The notes under the pieces are model-generated. The model was not told where the DNA came from and did no database searches. It was given only the letters and a program-made list of their open reading frames with translations. From assembly GCA_017545485.1 (NCBI GenBank), contig JAFWMY010000002.1, positions 7,688 through 71,687 of the forward strand: DNA of 64,000 nt. The letters run 5' to 3'. Both the position numbers and the translations under genes were made by a program. The DNA comes from Candidatus Saccharimonadota bacterium. Lineage in GTDB: Bacteria; Patescibacteriota; Saccharimonadia; Saccharimonadales; Saccharimonadaceae. Of this stretch, positions 36,401 to 44,429 are shown one piece after another. Positions within the stretch are counted from its first letter, which is position 1. Each line of letters starts with the position of its first letter.

Positions 36401-38032
36401 GTTAGCTACTGGTCTAGCTTCAGCTGTGCCTGTATAATATGGATATGTGCTGCTACTGTAGTTAGCTGGGTTTACACCGCCATTTAATGCATCTACAGTT
36501 AGATTCCAGAAATCATTATCGTCGTTACTTTCTATTCTAGTTTTATCGCCACTTTGTGGTAGATGCCAGCCAGTAGGACATAGTGAAGTATTAGTAGTAG
36601 ATTGATTATTAGTACCATTGTGGGTAAGATCTGCTATAGCCGCATGCCAAGTGTAGTAGTTGCCATAGCTATACATTGCTACACCATTACTAGTTGGTGA
36701 AGAAGCACGAGTAGAAGTGTTAACGTTATTATAGCGTGGCATACGGTAGCCTGGGTAATTAGATGTACCGATATCTATACTAGCAGTACCTTCCTGAGTG
36801 CCGCTGTAGTATAGACTGTTGGCGGTGGTGAAATAGGAGAAGTTGGCGGATTCTGCATCAGCTAGTCCGGAGAAGTTGCCGTAAGTAGTAGATGCGCCGT
36901 AACCTTGAGCTAGGTTACCAGTGCTGTTATCACTATTGGTGCTTTCTAGTCTTAGATTCTCAATCATCCAACAATTACCATCTGCTAGTCTGGCCACAGC
37001 ATAAGTATCGTTGTCGCGTTGGTCTGTAAGGGCAGTAATACTGTTTTTAGTAAGGTCTAGGGCACCGGTAGTACTGTTATATGTAGTAGTATCTAAACTG
37101 CTACAGCCCATCCAGCCTTGTAGATTACCTTGACTAGGTATCCAGACAGCATATAGTTTTACGATGCTGTCATTGTCTGTATCATAATTAGTAAAGCCAT
37201 TAGGAAGAGTAACGGTTTCTTGTGGACCATAAACGATTGGATTATTAGTATTATCATTATCTATGAGTTTAGCTCCGGCATTCTGGTCAGTACTCCATCC
37301 AGCAAAGCCATAGCCAGTCCTGCTGAAGTTACTAGCAATTAGGTCTATAGTATCACCATCTTTAACTCCAGTATGGATTACTCCGGTACCTGCTGCACCC
37401 ATAGTGCCAGCATCTGCATTATTACCATCATAAGCAATGTTAACTGTCATACAGGTCTCATCCATAGTAAGGTAATAAACGATTGTACCATTATTCCCCA
37501 TTCTATATGCACCAGGAGTTATAGTTTCGTCTGTATGTACACCATAATTAATGTTAAAGGTATCATTGATATTACTATTAGGATTGGCAGTCTGAGCTGG
37601 AGTTTTAAGCACTGATGTATTAGCAGATAATGGTAAGAATACTGTAGAACTGGTAGGATTAGCTGCTAGAGTATAGCCCCATTTATTAGTATTATTACTG
37701 CTACTTAAAGCAGATGTACCATCTACTGCAGTAAATGATGCATTTTCTGAATTGTTTCCGTTTAAATATAGGTTACTGCCATTAGGAGTTGCTATATTTA
37801 GGTTATATCCTGCACGGCAGTCTGTCTGAATATTAATGGCTTCAGCTTTTATGCTGGTACCTGTACCATTAATAGTTGCATCCAGAGTTACTGAATCGCT
37901 GGTAGAAATCGCTGCTGAATAGGCAGATACTGAGACTGTGTTAGAAAAAATACTTAAGAATACAGAAAATAATGAGATAGCAAAAAACAAACACAACGCC
38001 CCAAAAATACTCTTTGTTTTTGTTCTTTTCAC
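33440..38032 (-). CDS. giant secreted multi-domain repeat protein: InlB B-repeat (Listeria-Bacteroides repeat) modules, a Fibrobacter-paralogous (FISUMP-like) domain and 10 BspA-like leucine-rich repeats
   Basis: 1530 aa with a GTG start and signal peptide. Motifs: GYGFAGWSTD...LYAVW, YNANGGSGT...FRNWNTKADGTG...LYAIW, DNDTYAVARLADGNCWMIENL...CPTGWHLP...YWSST...SIRC, and repeated DLSSWDTSSVTNMxSMF. Confidence 0.8.
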   Translation of the reverse strand: MKRTKTKSIFGALCLFFAISLFSVFLSIFSNTVSVSAYSAAISTSDSVTLDATINGTGTSIKAEAINIQTDCRAGYNLNIATPNGSNLYLNGNNSENASFTAVDGTSALSSSNNTNKWGYTLAANPTSSTVFLPLSANTSVLKTPAQTANPNSNINDTFNINYGVHTDETITPGAYRMGNNGTIVYYLTMDETCMTVNIAYDGNNADAGTMGAAGTGVIHTGVKDGDTIDLIASNFSRTGYGFAGWSTDQNAGAKLIDNDNTNNPIVYGPQETVTLPNGFTNYDTDNDSIVKLYAVWIPSQGNLQGWMGCSSLDTTTYNSTTGALDLTKNSITALTDQRDNDTYAVARLADGNCWMIENLRLESTNSDNSTGNLAQGYGASTTYGNFSGLADAESANFSYFTTANSLYYSGTQEGTASIDIGTSNYPGYRMPRYNNVNTSTRASSPTSNGVAMYSYGNYYTWHAAIADLTHNGTNNQSTTNTSLCPTGWHLPQSGDKTRIESNDDNDFWNLTVDALNGGVNPANYSSSTYPYYTGTAEARPVANKLRSFPNNFLYSGIFGTSSAGGRGSSGYYWSSTANSNIGSYFLYLDSPYVYPGTNYDSKYYGRSIRCMVPSNLYAIHFDANTTDIVTGTMPDQSITIGEATALKANAFQRSATSSTAYRFVKWNTRANGTGTDYADGASVTNLAPVGQTITLYAQWEQITPMTVNFNGNGLNYDNSASVNTVSYYNECATKYVSYPSYSHTSNINNDGTQIGTTKYDNNLATKDVITIPGAESLHATITYGTENNWDMLYVFQGEYTGSVTRNMSAGQLATYMGGNNTTTTVELDIPGDTATFAFYSDGSGQYWGYYANVVGYYSTAPASYASTAQVCSRTIVSGEYKTPVIDSLRTFYGWGENQSATTADYTTADAVLNDFPGNNGETKTLYAVWKNNLTINYNANGGSGTTASQTVAAGESITLKSNGFTAPGANKQFRNWNTKADGTGTSYAANSNFTAPANVAYNDSLTLYAIWDDVYYIAFNANGGSGTMTNQTVARDAATAIKTSTFTRSGFIFRGWNTNASGTGTFYGDGQQVTNLTTTGNTITLYAIWVEGALLDQGTTVNQKLKRLAGNSSASYSTQDNTITALVRSNTLPNGFTPATANTISDSTSPYPIYAWYDSTNTTIYYYSEATNIIMNKNSSSFFYEMRALSDLSTISTWNTVKVTTMSQMFYYTGYSATTFTLDLSSWDTSSVTNMASMFFSSGRSATTWSVGDLSSWNTSSVTNMSSMFFGAGHNAASFTLDLSSWDTSSVTNMASMFSSSGYSATAWSVGDLSSWNTSSVTNMSNMFYQAGYSATTWSVGDLSSWSTSNVKYMNSMFNQAGYSATTFILDLSSWDTSSVTNMASMFSSSGYSATTWSVGNLSSWNTPSVTNMSYMFNQAGYSATTFTLDLSSWDTSSVTNMSSMFYMAGYDATTFTLNLSSWNTSNVTNMSNMLFYAGYNATTWSITIPKTNNGTATGPISNTTSNLYGSTTSVTATPPSGKSFTLAN
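33575..34460 (-). repeat. in-frame tandem coding repeats (10 units of 27-32 codons) within the giant surface protein
   Basis: Near-identical DNA units recur, for example tgtcccaggaagagaggtccaaa at 33724 and 33901 (a 177-nt double unit). This produces the spurious antisense ORF 33773-34456. Confidence 0.85.
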
Positions 38033-38150
38033 CTTTAAACACCTGTTTGTTAAATGTATGACCTTTTGGTCTCTTTTATTATATAATGCTAAAGGTTAAA
38101 AGGCAAGGGGTTTAAAAAATAATTATTATATTTTTAACAGGGGTGAATAT

Positions 38151-39404
38151 TTAAAACTTTGAAAATATTTTTTTTACGAGGCCGAACGGGCCGGAACCGG
38201 ATGGTTTTTTGCCGGATTTTTTGGCTTTTTTGCTCTGAGTGGGAGCAAGGTCGCCAGACTCAGCGGCAATAATAGCAAGACCTACGGCTGTAGCAAATTC
38301 AGGTTTTTCTACAGCATCAGCAACACCATCTAAGCCTTGTGGCGTACCAATAGTGACTGAAGCTTCTAGGGCTTCTTTAGCAAAGACTTCAATATCGCGC
38401 ATTTTGGCACCACCACCAGTGAGAACGATACCTTCTGGAAGACGTTGATCATAATGGGCGGCTTTAAGTTTTTTGCGAATTTCAGCAAAAATTTCATCCA
38501 AACGAGCCTTAACTACTTCTTCTACTTCTTTGCGATCAAAAGCTCGTTCGTTATTCTTCCCCACTTTGATTGCTAGGGATTTTTCTGAATTAAAGTCGCC
38601 GGTAATAAAGCGAGTTTTGATTTCTTCGGCAAGTTCTGGAGCGATTGCAAGAACAATGGCAAGATCGTTGGTGATGTTATTAGAACCAACTGGGATTACG
38701 CCGACATATTGTAAATCGCCCTCTTCGTAAATTGCAATGCCAGTAGTGGCAGCACCAAAGTCAACTACGGCAACACCATTTTCTTTTTGCTTCTCGTTAA
38801 GAACGGCTTTTGCTGCGGCTACTGCACTAGGAATAAGACGATCAGCTTGGACATCGGCAGCGGCAGTAGTTTTTTTAAGATTTTCACAGTTTGGGGTGAG
38901 TGCAGAAATAACGTTCGCGCGCATTTCAAGACGGGCACCAGACATGCCGATAGGATCTTTAATTCCCCCTTGACCATCTAGAGCGTATTCTAATGGGACC
39001 ACGTCTAATACGTCGCGATTGGCTGGAATACGGCCTGAAACGGCTACGCCTTCTACACGGTCTAAATCTTCGTCGTTGATTTCGTGCTCAGTAGTGCCGA
39101 CGGCGATCATGCCTTCGGTATGGGTAGAGATAACAGTAGAGCCGTTAATAGAAACGTAGGCATTACGAACATCGTAACCCCCCATACGCTCTGCGTCGCC
39201 GAGCATACGGTCAATAGCGCCAGCGGGGCCAGCAAGATTAGCAGGAACGCCTTTTCGCATCCCGGCAGATTTGCCTTCGTTATATCCTACAATGGCGATT
39301 TCGCCAGATTTATTAACGCTGGCAATGACGGCACGGACGTTTTCAGTCCCGACATCTAAACCAGTTACAAAGCGCTTATTGTCATCCATAAGCTTATTAT
39401 ACAT
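38151..39404 (-). CDS. ftsA: cell division protein FtsA
   Basis: Actin-like ATPase motifs GLDVGTENVRAV, VVDFGAATTGIAIY and VLTGGGAKM, with a basic amphipathic C-terminus. Confidence 0.9.
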   Translation of the reverse strand: MYNKLMDDNKRFVTGLDVGTENVRAVIASVNKSGEIAIVGYNEGKSAGMRKGVPANLAGPAGAIDRMLGDAERMGGYDVRNAYVSINGSTVISTHTEGMIAVGTTEHEINDEDLDRVEGVAVSGRIPANRDVLDVVPLEYALDGQGGIKDPIGMSGARLEMRANVISALTPNCENLKKTTAAADVQADRLIPSAVAAAKAVLNEKQKENGVAVVDFGAATTGIAIYEEGDLQYVGVIPVGSNNITNDLAIVLAIAPELAEEIKTRFITGDFNSEKSLAIKVGKNNERAFDRKEVEEVVKARLDEIFAEIRKKLKAAHYDQRLPEGIVLTGGGAKMRDIEVFAKEALEASVTIGTPQGLDGVADAVEKPEFATAVGLAIIAAESGDLAPTQSKKAKKSGKKPSGSGPFGLVKKIFSKF

Positions 39405-39406
39405 AT

Positions 39407-40222
39407 TTAATCCGGTAATGTCAAAACTTCGTAGCCGTCTTTAGTGACGAGAACTGTGTGCTCACAGTGACAACCGATGGAACCGTCTTTCATTTTGACA
39501 GTCCAATTGCTGTTTTTGTCTACATAATTAGCAGGCTTGCCAAGACAAGACATAGGCTCAATGCAAATAGTATCACCTTCGCATAATTTATAGCCGTGTC
39601 CTTTTTTGCCATAATTCGGTACTTCAGGTGATTCGTGCATTGTTTTGCCAATACCGTGTCCGATGTAATTTTCAATAACGCCAAGATGACCTTTTCTTAA
39701 TACCTGTTCCACAGCATGGCCAATGTCACCAATATGAGCGCCTGGTTTAACTTGCTCAATCCCCTCCCACATGGAGGCTTCAGTGACTTGGAGCATTTTT
39801 TTGACGGCTGGGTTAGCTTTATTACCAACAATCATGGTAAAAGCAGAGTCTGTAAAATAACCTTTATAATAAATGTCTAAATCAAAGGAGACTTTGTCGC
39901 CTTCTTCTAGTGGCTCGTCGGTGGGAGCACCATGGACAAGAGCGTCATTGACTGAGATGCAAATTGCCCCTGGAAATTCATCGTTTAACATGTCATAAGC
40001 AACACCGGCACCACGTTTAACAATCTCTTGACGCACCCAAGCGTCTATTTGTTTGCCAGTCATACCTGGCTTTACATAGTTCTTGAGGTCTTTTAGAAGA
40101 TTGCCCAAAATTTTACCACCTTCTCGCATGGCAGTAATTTTTTGCTGAAGAGTTTTTGAATCAGCAGTTAGGATATTAATTTGGTCGTTACTCGCCATAG
40201 CTTTTCTCAATCTCTCCACCAT
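39407..40222 (-). CDS. map: type I methionine aminopeptidase
   Basis: NDALVHG, SFDLDIYYKGYFTDSA, IGHGIG and CHCEHTVLVT metal-ligand context. The start could instead be the ATG at 40198. Confidence 0.9.
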   Translation of the reverse strand: MVERLRKAMASNDQINILTADSKTLQQKITAMREGGKILGNLLKDLKNYVKPGMTGKQIDAWVRQEIVKRGAGVAYDMLNDEFPGAICISVNDALVHGAPTDEPLEEGDKVSFDLDIYYKGYFTDSAFTMIVGNKANPAVKKMLQVTEASMWEGIEQVKPGAHIGDIGHAVEQVLRKGHLGVIENYIGHGIGKTMHESPEVPNYGKKGHGYKLCEGDTICIEPMSCLGKPANYVDKNSNWTVKMKDGSIGCHCEHTVLVTKDGYEVLTLPD

Positions 40223-40781
40223 TAACGTCTTGCTCTTGTATGGTAGCAGTAGGGTTTAGCTTTTTGACTACTTCTGTTAAGCGAGCTGTAACATCTTCTA
40301 TTTTACCAACACCATTTACACGTTCTATAGGGATATTTTTAGCTTCTAACAGCGGTAAAATTGAACAAATATTTTGTTCAAAGATAGCAAAGCGCCGATT
40401 AATGCTTTCCTTTTCTTTGTCATCATCGCGACCACGAAGAGCTAGGCGCTCATATAATTCTTCTTTTGGCACTTCCAAAATAATAGCGCCGTCTAGTTTG
40501 TCTGCCATGGTGCTAGTAATATATTCTGCTTGCTCTACGTCACGAGGATAACCGTCCAAAATGAGGTCAAAACCTTCCGCTTCAGCTTTTTTAATCTGCT
40601 TATCCATCAGTTTAATCACGTCTTCATCAGGAATAAGGCCGCCGTTATTGATTATTTCCTCATAACCGCCAGTCTGGCGAATTGCTTCGCCTACAGAGAG
40701 CCAGCGCCAACCAAAAAGCTCGGACAACGCTTTGCCTTGTGTTCCCTTTCCGGAACCTGCTAAACCAAATAATATAATCAT
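40188..40781 (-). CDS. adk: adenylate kinase (short-lid type)
   Basis: IILFGLAGSGKGTQ...LILDGYPR. AAAGGAG SD. Confidence 0.85.
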   Translation of the reverse strand: MIILFGLAGSGKGTQGKALSELFGWRWLSVGEAIRQTGGYEEIINNGGLIPDEDVIKLMDKQIKKAEAEGFDLILDGYPRDVEQAEYITSTMADKLDGAIILEVPKEELYERLALRGRDDDKEKESINRRFAIFEQNICSILPLLEAKNIPIERVNGVGKIEDVTARLTEVVKKLNPTATIQEQDVNGGEIEKSYGE

Positions 40782-40813
40782 AAATCTCCTTTGGTAGTAT
40801 TATATCATATTCT

Positions 40814-40900
40814 GGGCGGGTCCCGCCGGACCTTCTTCCTCCCCAAATTTTTTGCTTCGCAAAAAATTTTGGGTCCCCTTTCCAAATCCGTCACCCGCTC
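40814..40900. repeat. GC-rich nested-hairpin intergenic element, copy B
   Basis: GGGCGGGT...ACCCGCTC outer helix and CCCCAAATTTTTTGC-ttc-GCAAAAAATTTTGGG inner helix. Lies between the rpsU terminator and the adk start. Confidence 0.7.
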
Positions 40901-40903
40901 GTG

Positions 40904-40926
40904 AAAAAATCTCCCCTAGGGGAGAT
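40904..40926 (-). terminator. rpsU terminator
   Basis: Palindrome atctcccctaggggagat (40909-40926), followed on the minus strand by T6. Confidence 0.75.
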
Positions 40927-40930
40927 TTTA

Positions 40931-41149
40931 TTATTTAAGTCCTAACTTGATGCGTTCGGTCTTTTCGGCCTTGCGGGCTTCACGGATGATAGCCTTAAGG
41001 CGACGCTCGCGTTTAGAAATAGGTTTACTAAAACGCATTTGCGACTTCTTGAGAGGCATCATGCCGCTCTGGAGGACTTTGCGGTTGAAACGACGGATAA
41101 TATTCTCGTTCGCCTCGCCCTGGTCTTTTCTTGTTACTTTAATAGCCAT
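40931..41149 (-). CDS. rpsU: 30S ribosomal protein S21
   Basis: MAIKVTRKDQGEANENIIRRFNRKVLQSG...RERRLKA. Confidence 0.85.
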   Translation of the reverse strand: MAIKVTRKDQGEANENIIRRFNRKVLQSGMMPLKKSQMRFSKPISKRERRLKAIIREARKAEKTERIKLGLK

Positions 41150-41171
41150 ATTGGAGTGATTATATCATAGG

Positions 41172-41200
41172 TTGACGAAAATGACAAGATAGTGTAGAAT
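41172..41200 (+). promoter_or_regulatory. sigma70-type promoter of tRNA-Asp
   Basis: TTGACG (41172-41177), a 17-nt spacer, TAGAAT (41195-41200), then 10 nt to tRNA position 1. Confidence 0.65.
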
Positions 41201-41210
41201 AATGTATATT

Positions 41211-41287
41211 GGATTCGTAGCTCAGTTGGTTAGAGCGCTGCCCTGTCACGGCAGAGGTCGCGAGTTCGAGTCTCGTCGGATCCGCCA
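41211..41287 (+). tRNA. tRNA-Asp (anticodon GTC), CCA encoded
   Basis: GGATTCGTAGCTCAGTTGGTTAGAGCGCTGCCCTGTCACGGCAGAGGTCGCGAGTTCGAGTCTCGTCGGATCCGCCA. Confidence 0.95.
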
Positions 41288-41378
41288 TTTTTTATGTTTA
41301 AAAAACTCAGATTAGACATTTCGCCTCTGTTGCACAATAGACACTTAATTTTATCAGGCGGATCTCGGACCTTTGGTG

Positions 41379-41406
41379 CGGATCCGCCATTTTTTATGTT
41401 TAAAAA
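41379..41406 (+). repeat. 28-nt direct repeat of the tRNA-Asp 3' end plus trailer (second copy)
   Basis: cggatccgccattttttatgtttaaaaa is identical at 41277-41304 and 41379-41406. The second copy forms the 3' arm of the hairpin GGCGGATC(41357-41364)/GATCCGCC(41381-41388), followed by a T-run. Confidence 0.9.
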
Positions 41407-41410
41407 CCAC

Positions 41411-41432
41411 AAAAAAAAGACCCCGAAGGGTC
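41411..41432 (-). terminator. terminator of the 662-aa gene (weakly bidirectional)
   Basis: GACCC cgaa GGGTC (41419-41432), followed on the minus strand by T8. Confidence 0.75.
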
Positions 41433-41437
41433 ATTTT

Positions 41438-43426
41438 CTACATACCTGGTATTTTAAAGGCACCTGGGTCAGAGGCCTGAGGACGATAGACTTGATCCTG
41501 CATAGCTGGTTGCTGGCCAAGAGGTTCTGGTGTAGGTTCTGACACCGGAGCAGCTGGTTCAATAGGAGTTGTTGGCAAACTAGTTTCTATGCTGCTAGCA
41601 GACATGTCAATTGGTGGAGCGGGAGGTGGCGGTAAAAGGTCTTCTCCAGCTGGAGGCATAAAGTTCATTTCTGGGACACCATTGATTTCTGGTTTAGATG
41701 AAACTATAGGAGCGCTAGCGGTAGCAGGATTGTTATTTAGTGCAGTAGCACTACCGGGATTAGTCAATTCTGCGAGGGCTTCTTCTAGCATATGGCCATA
41801 TTTATCAGCTTCACCATCGGAAAGGGCTGGTTCAAAATCAGAAGGAGGCGCAATTACCTTTTCAGCATTGTTTATGGTACCTTCATCAGTAGAAGATCCT
41901 AACGTGGATTCGGCAGAATCTGTTGTCGGTTCAGATGCGACTTCTGGAGCTGGTTCAGTAGTCAATTCTGATGATGCCTCAGGAATTAGCCCAGTAGATG
42001 GTTCGGAAGTTGGGGCAATGGCGGGTTCATTATCAGATGTGGCTTCTGGAGTTGATTCTAGAGGCTCGGTTGTTGATTCAGTTGATGGTTCTGGTAAAGA
42101 AGGCTCTTCTGCCATAGTGGTGTCACTATTAAGTTGAACTGGTTGATTAGATAAATCTGGTGTAGTTTCGGTGCCGGTTTGCGCAAGACTGGCTTCAGCA
42201 GCTTTGAGGTCGCTAAGTAGAGTAGATTCTTTTTCAGTGACGTTATCGCTAATTTCCTTGGTCTCGTCAACATCTTTTTCATTGCCATGTTGAATATCAA
42301 GTTTAGTAGGGTCTTCCTCTTTTGGAGAAGAAGATGGAGTATTTAGTAATGAGTACAATTCGTTATCTACATCCGGTGTGATATTTTTAGAAATTAGTTG
42401 CTGATTTGCGCCAGATTTCATGAGGCGGCTAGATAGTTGCATGGTTTCGGCAGTAGTATGCGCATTAGAAAAGCGGTTCGTAGCTGCAACAATTCCAGTA
42501 AGAAAAGCGGTAGCTTCTTCTTTGCCAATTTCTACATCGCTCTTAATAGAATAGAGCATTCTAGCAATCATCTCGGAAACGGAACTGGCTTTTTTGTCGC
42601 TCCATTCAATTTCACCAAATTTACCTGGATTACCAGTAGTGATATTAATAATTACGGCATCGTGCATAATGCGACCGTGCTCACGAAGAGCAGCGTCTAA
42701 ATCTATACCATTTACAACATCCAAAGCAAGAACTAAATCAACGTTGAAGTCGCCATATGAGAATTCCAAATCATCAGCTGATAGCCTGGAGTGATAAGGA
42801 GTGATATAAATTTTGACATAATCACCGTCTAACTTATATCGGAGGTGGTCGGCTTTTTCTTTATTTAGAGCTATAACAAAATCCTGCAATGTGTCGGCAG
42901 TAGATTCAAAAGTCTCTTCAGGTTTTAAAAACTCCAAAGCATTAGGGGTGGAGCCAGAATAAATAGCAGTGGCACGTTTGCCGAGTTTGTCTAAATACAG
43001 CGAAAGGCCAATAGCGGCACACATTTCATCTACTGACGGATCGCCAGAAAGTGCAATAAGAACATTTTGCGATTCGGAGATTTTTTTGGCCACTTCACCA
43101 TAGATTTCCGGGAGTGGACCAAATGATTGTGCAGGTGTTGGCATATCGTCAGATGGTTGGCTTGAGGGTTCAGCAGCAGGTATAGATGGCTCTGGGAAGT
43201 TTGGTTCTGGCAAAGATGGGTCAGGAGTGGACGGTTCTGGTTTGGAAGGCTCTGGTACGGATGGCTCTGGAAAAGCCGGTCCTGGCAGAGGAGGTTCCGG
43301 CATAGAAGTAGCAACACCAGCCCCTGACATTGTCGGGTCCATTACTGGCGGCAAGACAGAATTATCCGCAGGCGGATTTGTCATGTCGTCATTTTGTGGT
43401 AAGGGGTTTGTGTTGTCGTCCGGCAT
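41438..43426 (-). CDS. Pro/Glu/Ser-rich protein with a central DHH/NrnA-like region whose catalytic motifs look degenerate
   Basis: 662 aa. The N-terminus has (P/S)xPEPS pentapeptide repeats. The centre reads VLIALSGDPSVDEMCAAIGLSLYL...VLALDVVNG, where NrnA has HxxPDGDAxGS / DHH. The C-terminus is low-complexity. Confidence 0.35.
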   Translation of the reverse strand: MPDDNTNPLPQNDDMTNPPADNSVLPPVMDPTMSGAGVATSMPEPPLPGPAFPEPSVPEPSKPEPSTPDPSLPEPNFPEPSIPAAEPSSQPSDDMPTPAQSFGPLPEIYGEVAKKISESQNVLIALSGDPSVDEMCAAIGLSLYLDKLGKRATAIYSGSTPNALEFLKPEETFESTADTLQDFVIALNKEKADHLRYKLDGDYVKIYITPYHSRLSADDLEFSYGDFNVDLVLALDVVNGIDLDAALREHGRIMHDAVIINITTGNPGKFGEIEWSDKKASSVSEMIARMLYSIKSDVEIGKEEATAFLTGIVAATNRFSNAHTTAETMQLSSRLMKSGANQQLISKNITPDVDNELYSLLNTPSSSPKEEDPTKLDIQHGNEKDVDETKEISDNVTEKESTLLSDLKAAEASLAQTGTETTPDLSNQPVQLNSDTTMAEEPSLPEPSTESTTEPLESTPEATSDNEPAIAPTSEPSTGLIPEASSELTTEPAPEVASEPTTDSAESTLGSSTDEGTINNAEKVIAPPSDFEPALSDGEADKYGHMLEEALAELTNPGSATALNNNPATASAPIVSSKPEINGVPEMNFMPPAGEDLLPPPPAPPIDMSASSIETSLPTTPIEPAAPVSEPTPEPLGQQPAMQDQVYRPQASDPGAFKIPGM

Positions 43427-43529
43427 TATTAAACCTTTCTTTTTTTATATTACCATAAGCCTTAATAATTCGCAAGATTAAAATTCTGGCTTTACTTTGG
43501 AATATCAGCGGTCGGTAGTGAACTTACTC

Positions 43530-43558
43530 TTTACTTTTGGAGAAAAATGGGGTATAAT
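43530..43558 (+). promoter_or_regulatory. candidate rpsT promoter
   Basis: TTTACT (43530-43535), a 17-nt spacer, TATAAT (43553-43558). Confidence 0.5.
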
Positions 43559-43598
43559 GATGAAAAGTTATTAATTTTTAATCTATATAGGAAGTTAA

Positions 43599-43847
43599 AT
43601 GCCGATTATCAAATCTGCCAAGAAGGCTGCGAGGCAAGCTGAAAAGCGAACTGAGCACAATCAACAAATCAAGAAGGATATTAAGGCTGCTGTAAAAGCC
43701 TTTAAAGCGAAACCTTCCGCTAAGACTTTGGCAAAAGCTCAATCAGAGTTTGACAAGGCTGTGAAGAAAGATTTGTTGAAGAAAAACACTGCTTCTCGCC
43801 GTAAAGCCAAATTGCATGCTATTTTAAAAGCTACTAAGACGAAGTAA
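43599..43847 (+). CDS. rpsT: 30S ribosomal protein S20
   Basis: MPIIKSAKKAARQAEKRTEHNQQIKKDIKAAVK. Confidence 0.9.
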   Translation: MPIIKSAKKAARQAEKRTEHNQQIKKDIKAAVKAFKAKPSAKTLAKAQSEFDKAVKKDLLKKNTASRRKAKLHAILKATKTK

Positions 43848-44429
43848 AAAACTTTCAATTAAAAGCCACGGCTCATGAGACGTGGTTTTTAGTTGCAAGT
43901 CCAATTTAGCGAGTTCTCTTAGGACTCGTTTTTCTTTAGTTCCCTGACGGCTGGCATAGTCTTTGAGAGCCTGCGAAACAACAAGACCAAAAAACATAAT
44001 CGGATCTTCATTTTGCTTAATTTCCTCACAGATTTTAACGGCTTTTGGTCCGTTTATTTTGGCGGTTTTATAAATGTCAAAAACCCTACGGAAATTAGGG
44101 TCTTCAGGAATTTTGTATTCTTTTATTTCGGTTTTGTCCTTTATAGCTTTGTAAGTATTGGAACGTTTGTCTAGTTTGATTTCTTGAATGATTATATTAT
44201 GTGGAGTGTCTAGATATTCTGGAAGCTTATCGTAAACTGACTTGTTAGCACTAAGGTCGCGAATAAGGATATTACGTTCGGTAGCGAAAAGCGAATTGCC
44301 ATAAAAGATAGTAGGAAGAATTTCTGGAGTTAAATCAGTGCCTTCTATAATTTCATAATTTTTGCCAAGAATTTTAACGATATCGTTCTGTGCTCTAATG
44401 CGGTCATCACCAGTAAATATTCTAATCAT
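43824..44429 (-). CDS. holA: short DNA polymerase III delta subunit-like protein
   Basis: 201 aa. IFTGDDRIRAQNDI...GNSLFATERNILIRD resembles the HolA N-terminal domain. Its 3' end overlaps rpsT convergently by 24 nt. Confidence 0.4.
   Translation of the reverse strand: MIRIFTGDDRIRAQNDIVKILGKNYEIIEGTDLTPEILPTIFYGNSLFATERNILIRDLSANKSVYDKLPEYLDTPHNIIIQEIKLDKRSNTYKAIKDKTEIKEYKIPEDPNFRRVFDIYKTAKINGPKAVKICEEIKQNEDPIMFFGLVVSQALKDYASRQGTKEKRVLRELAKLDLQLKTTSHEPWLLIESFLLRLSSF

Noticed and set aside
41230-41412. 60-aa minus-strand ORF
   Set aside because: It is antisense to tRNA-Asp and its 3'-end repeat.
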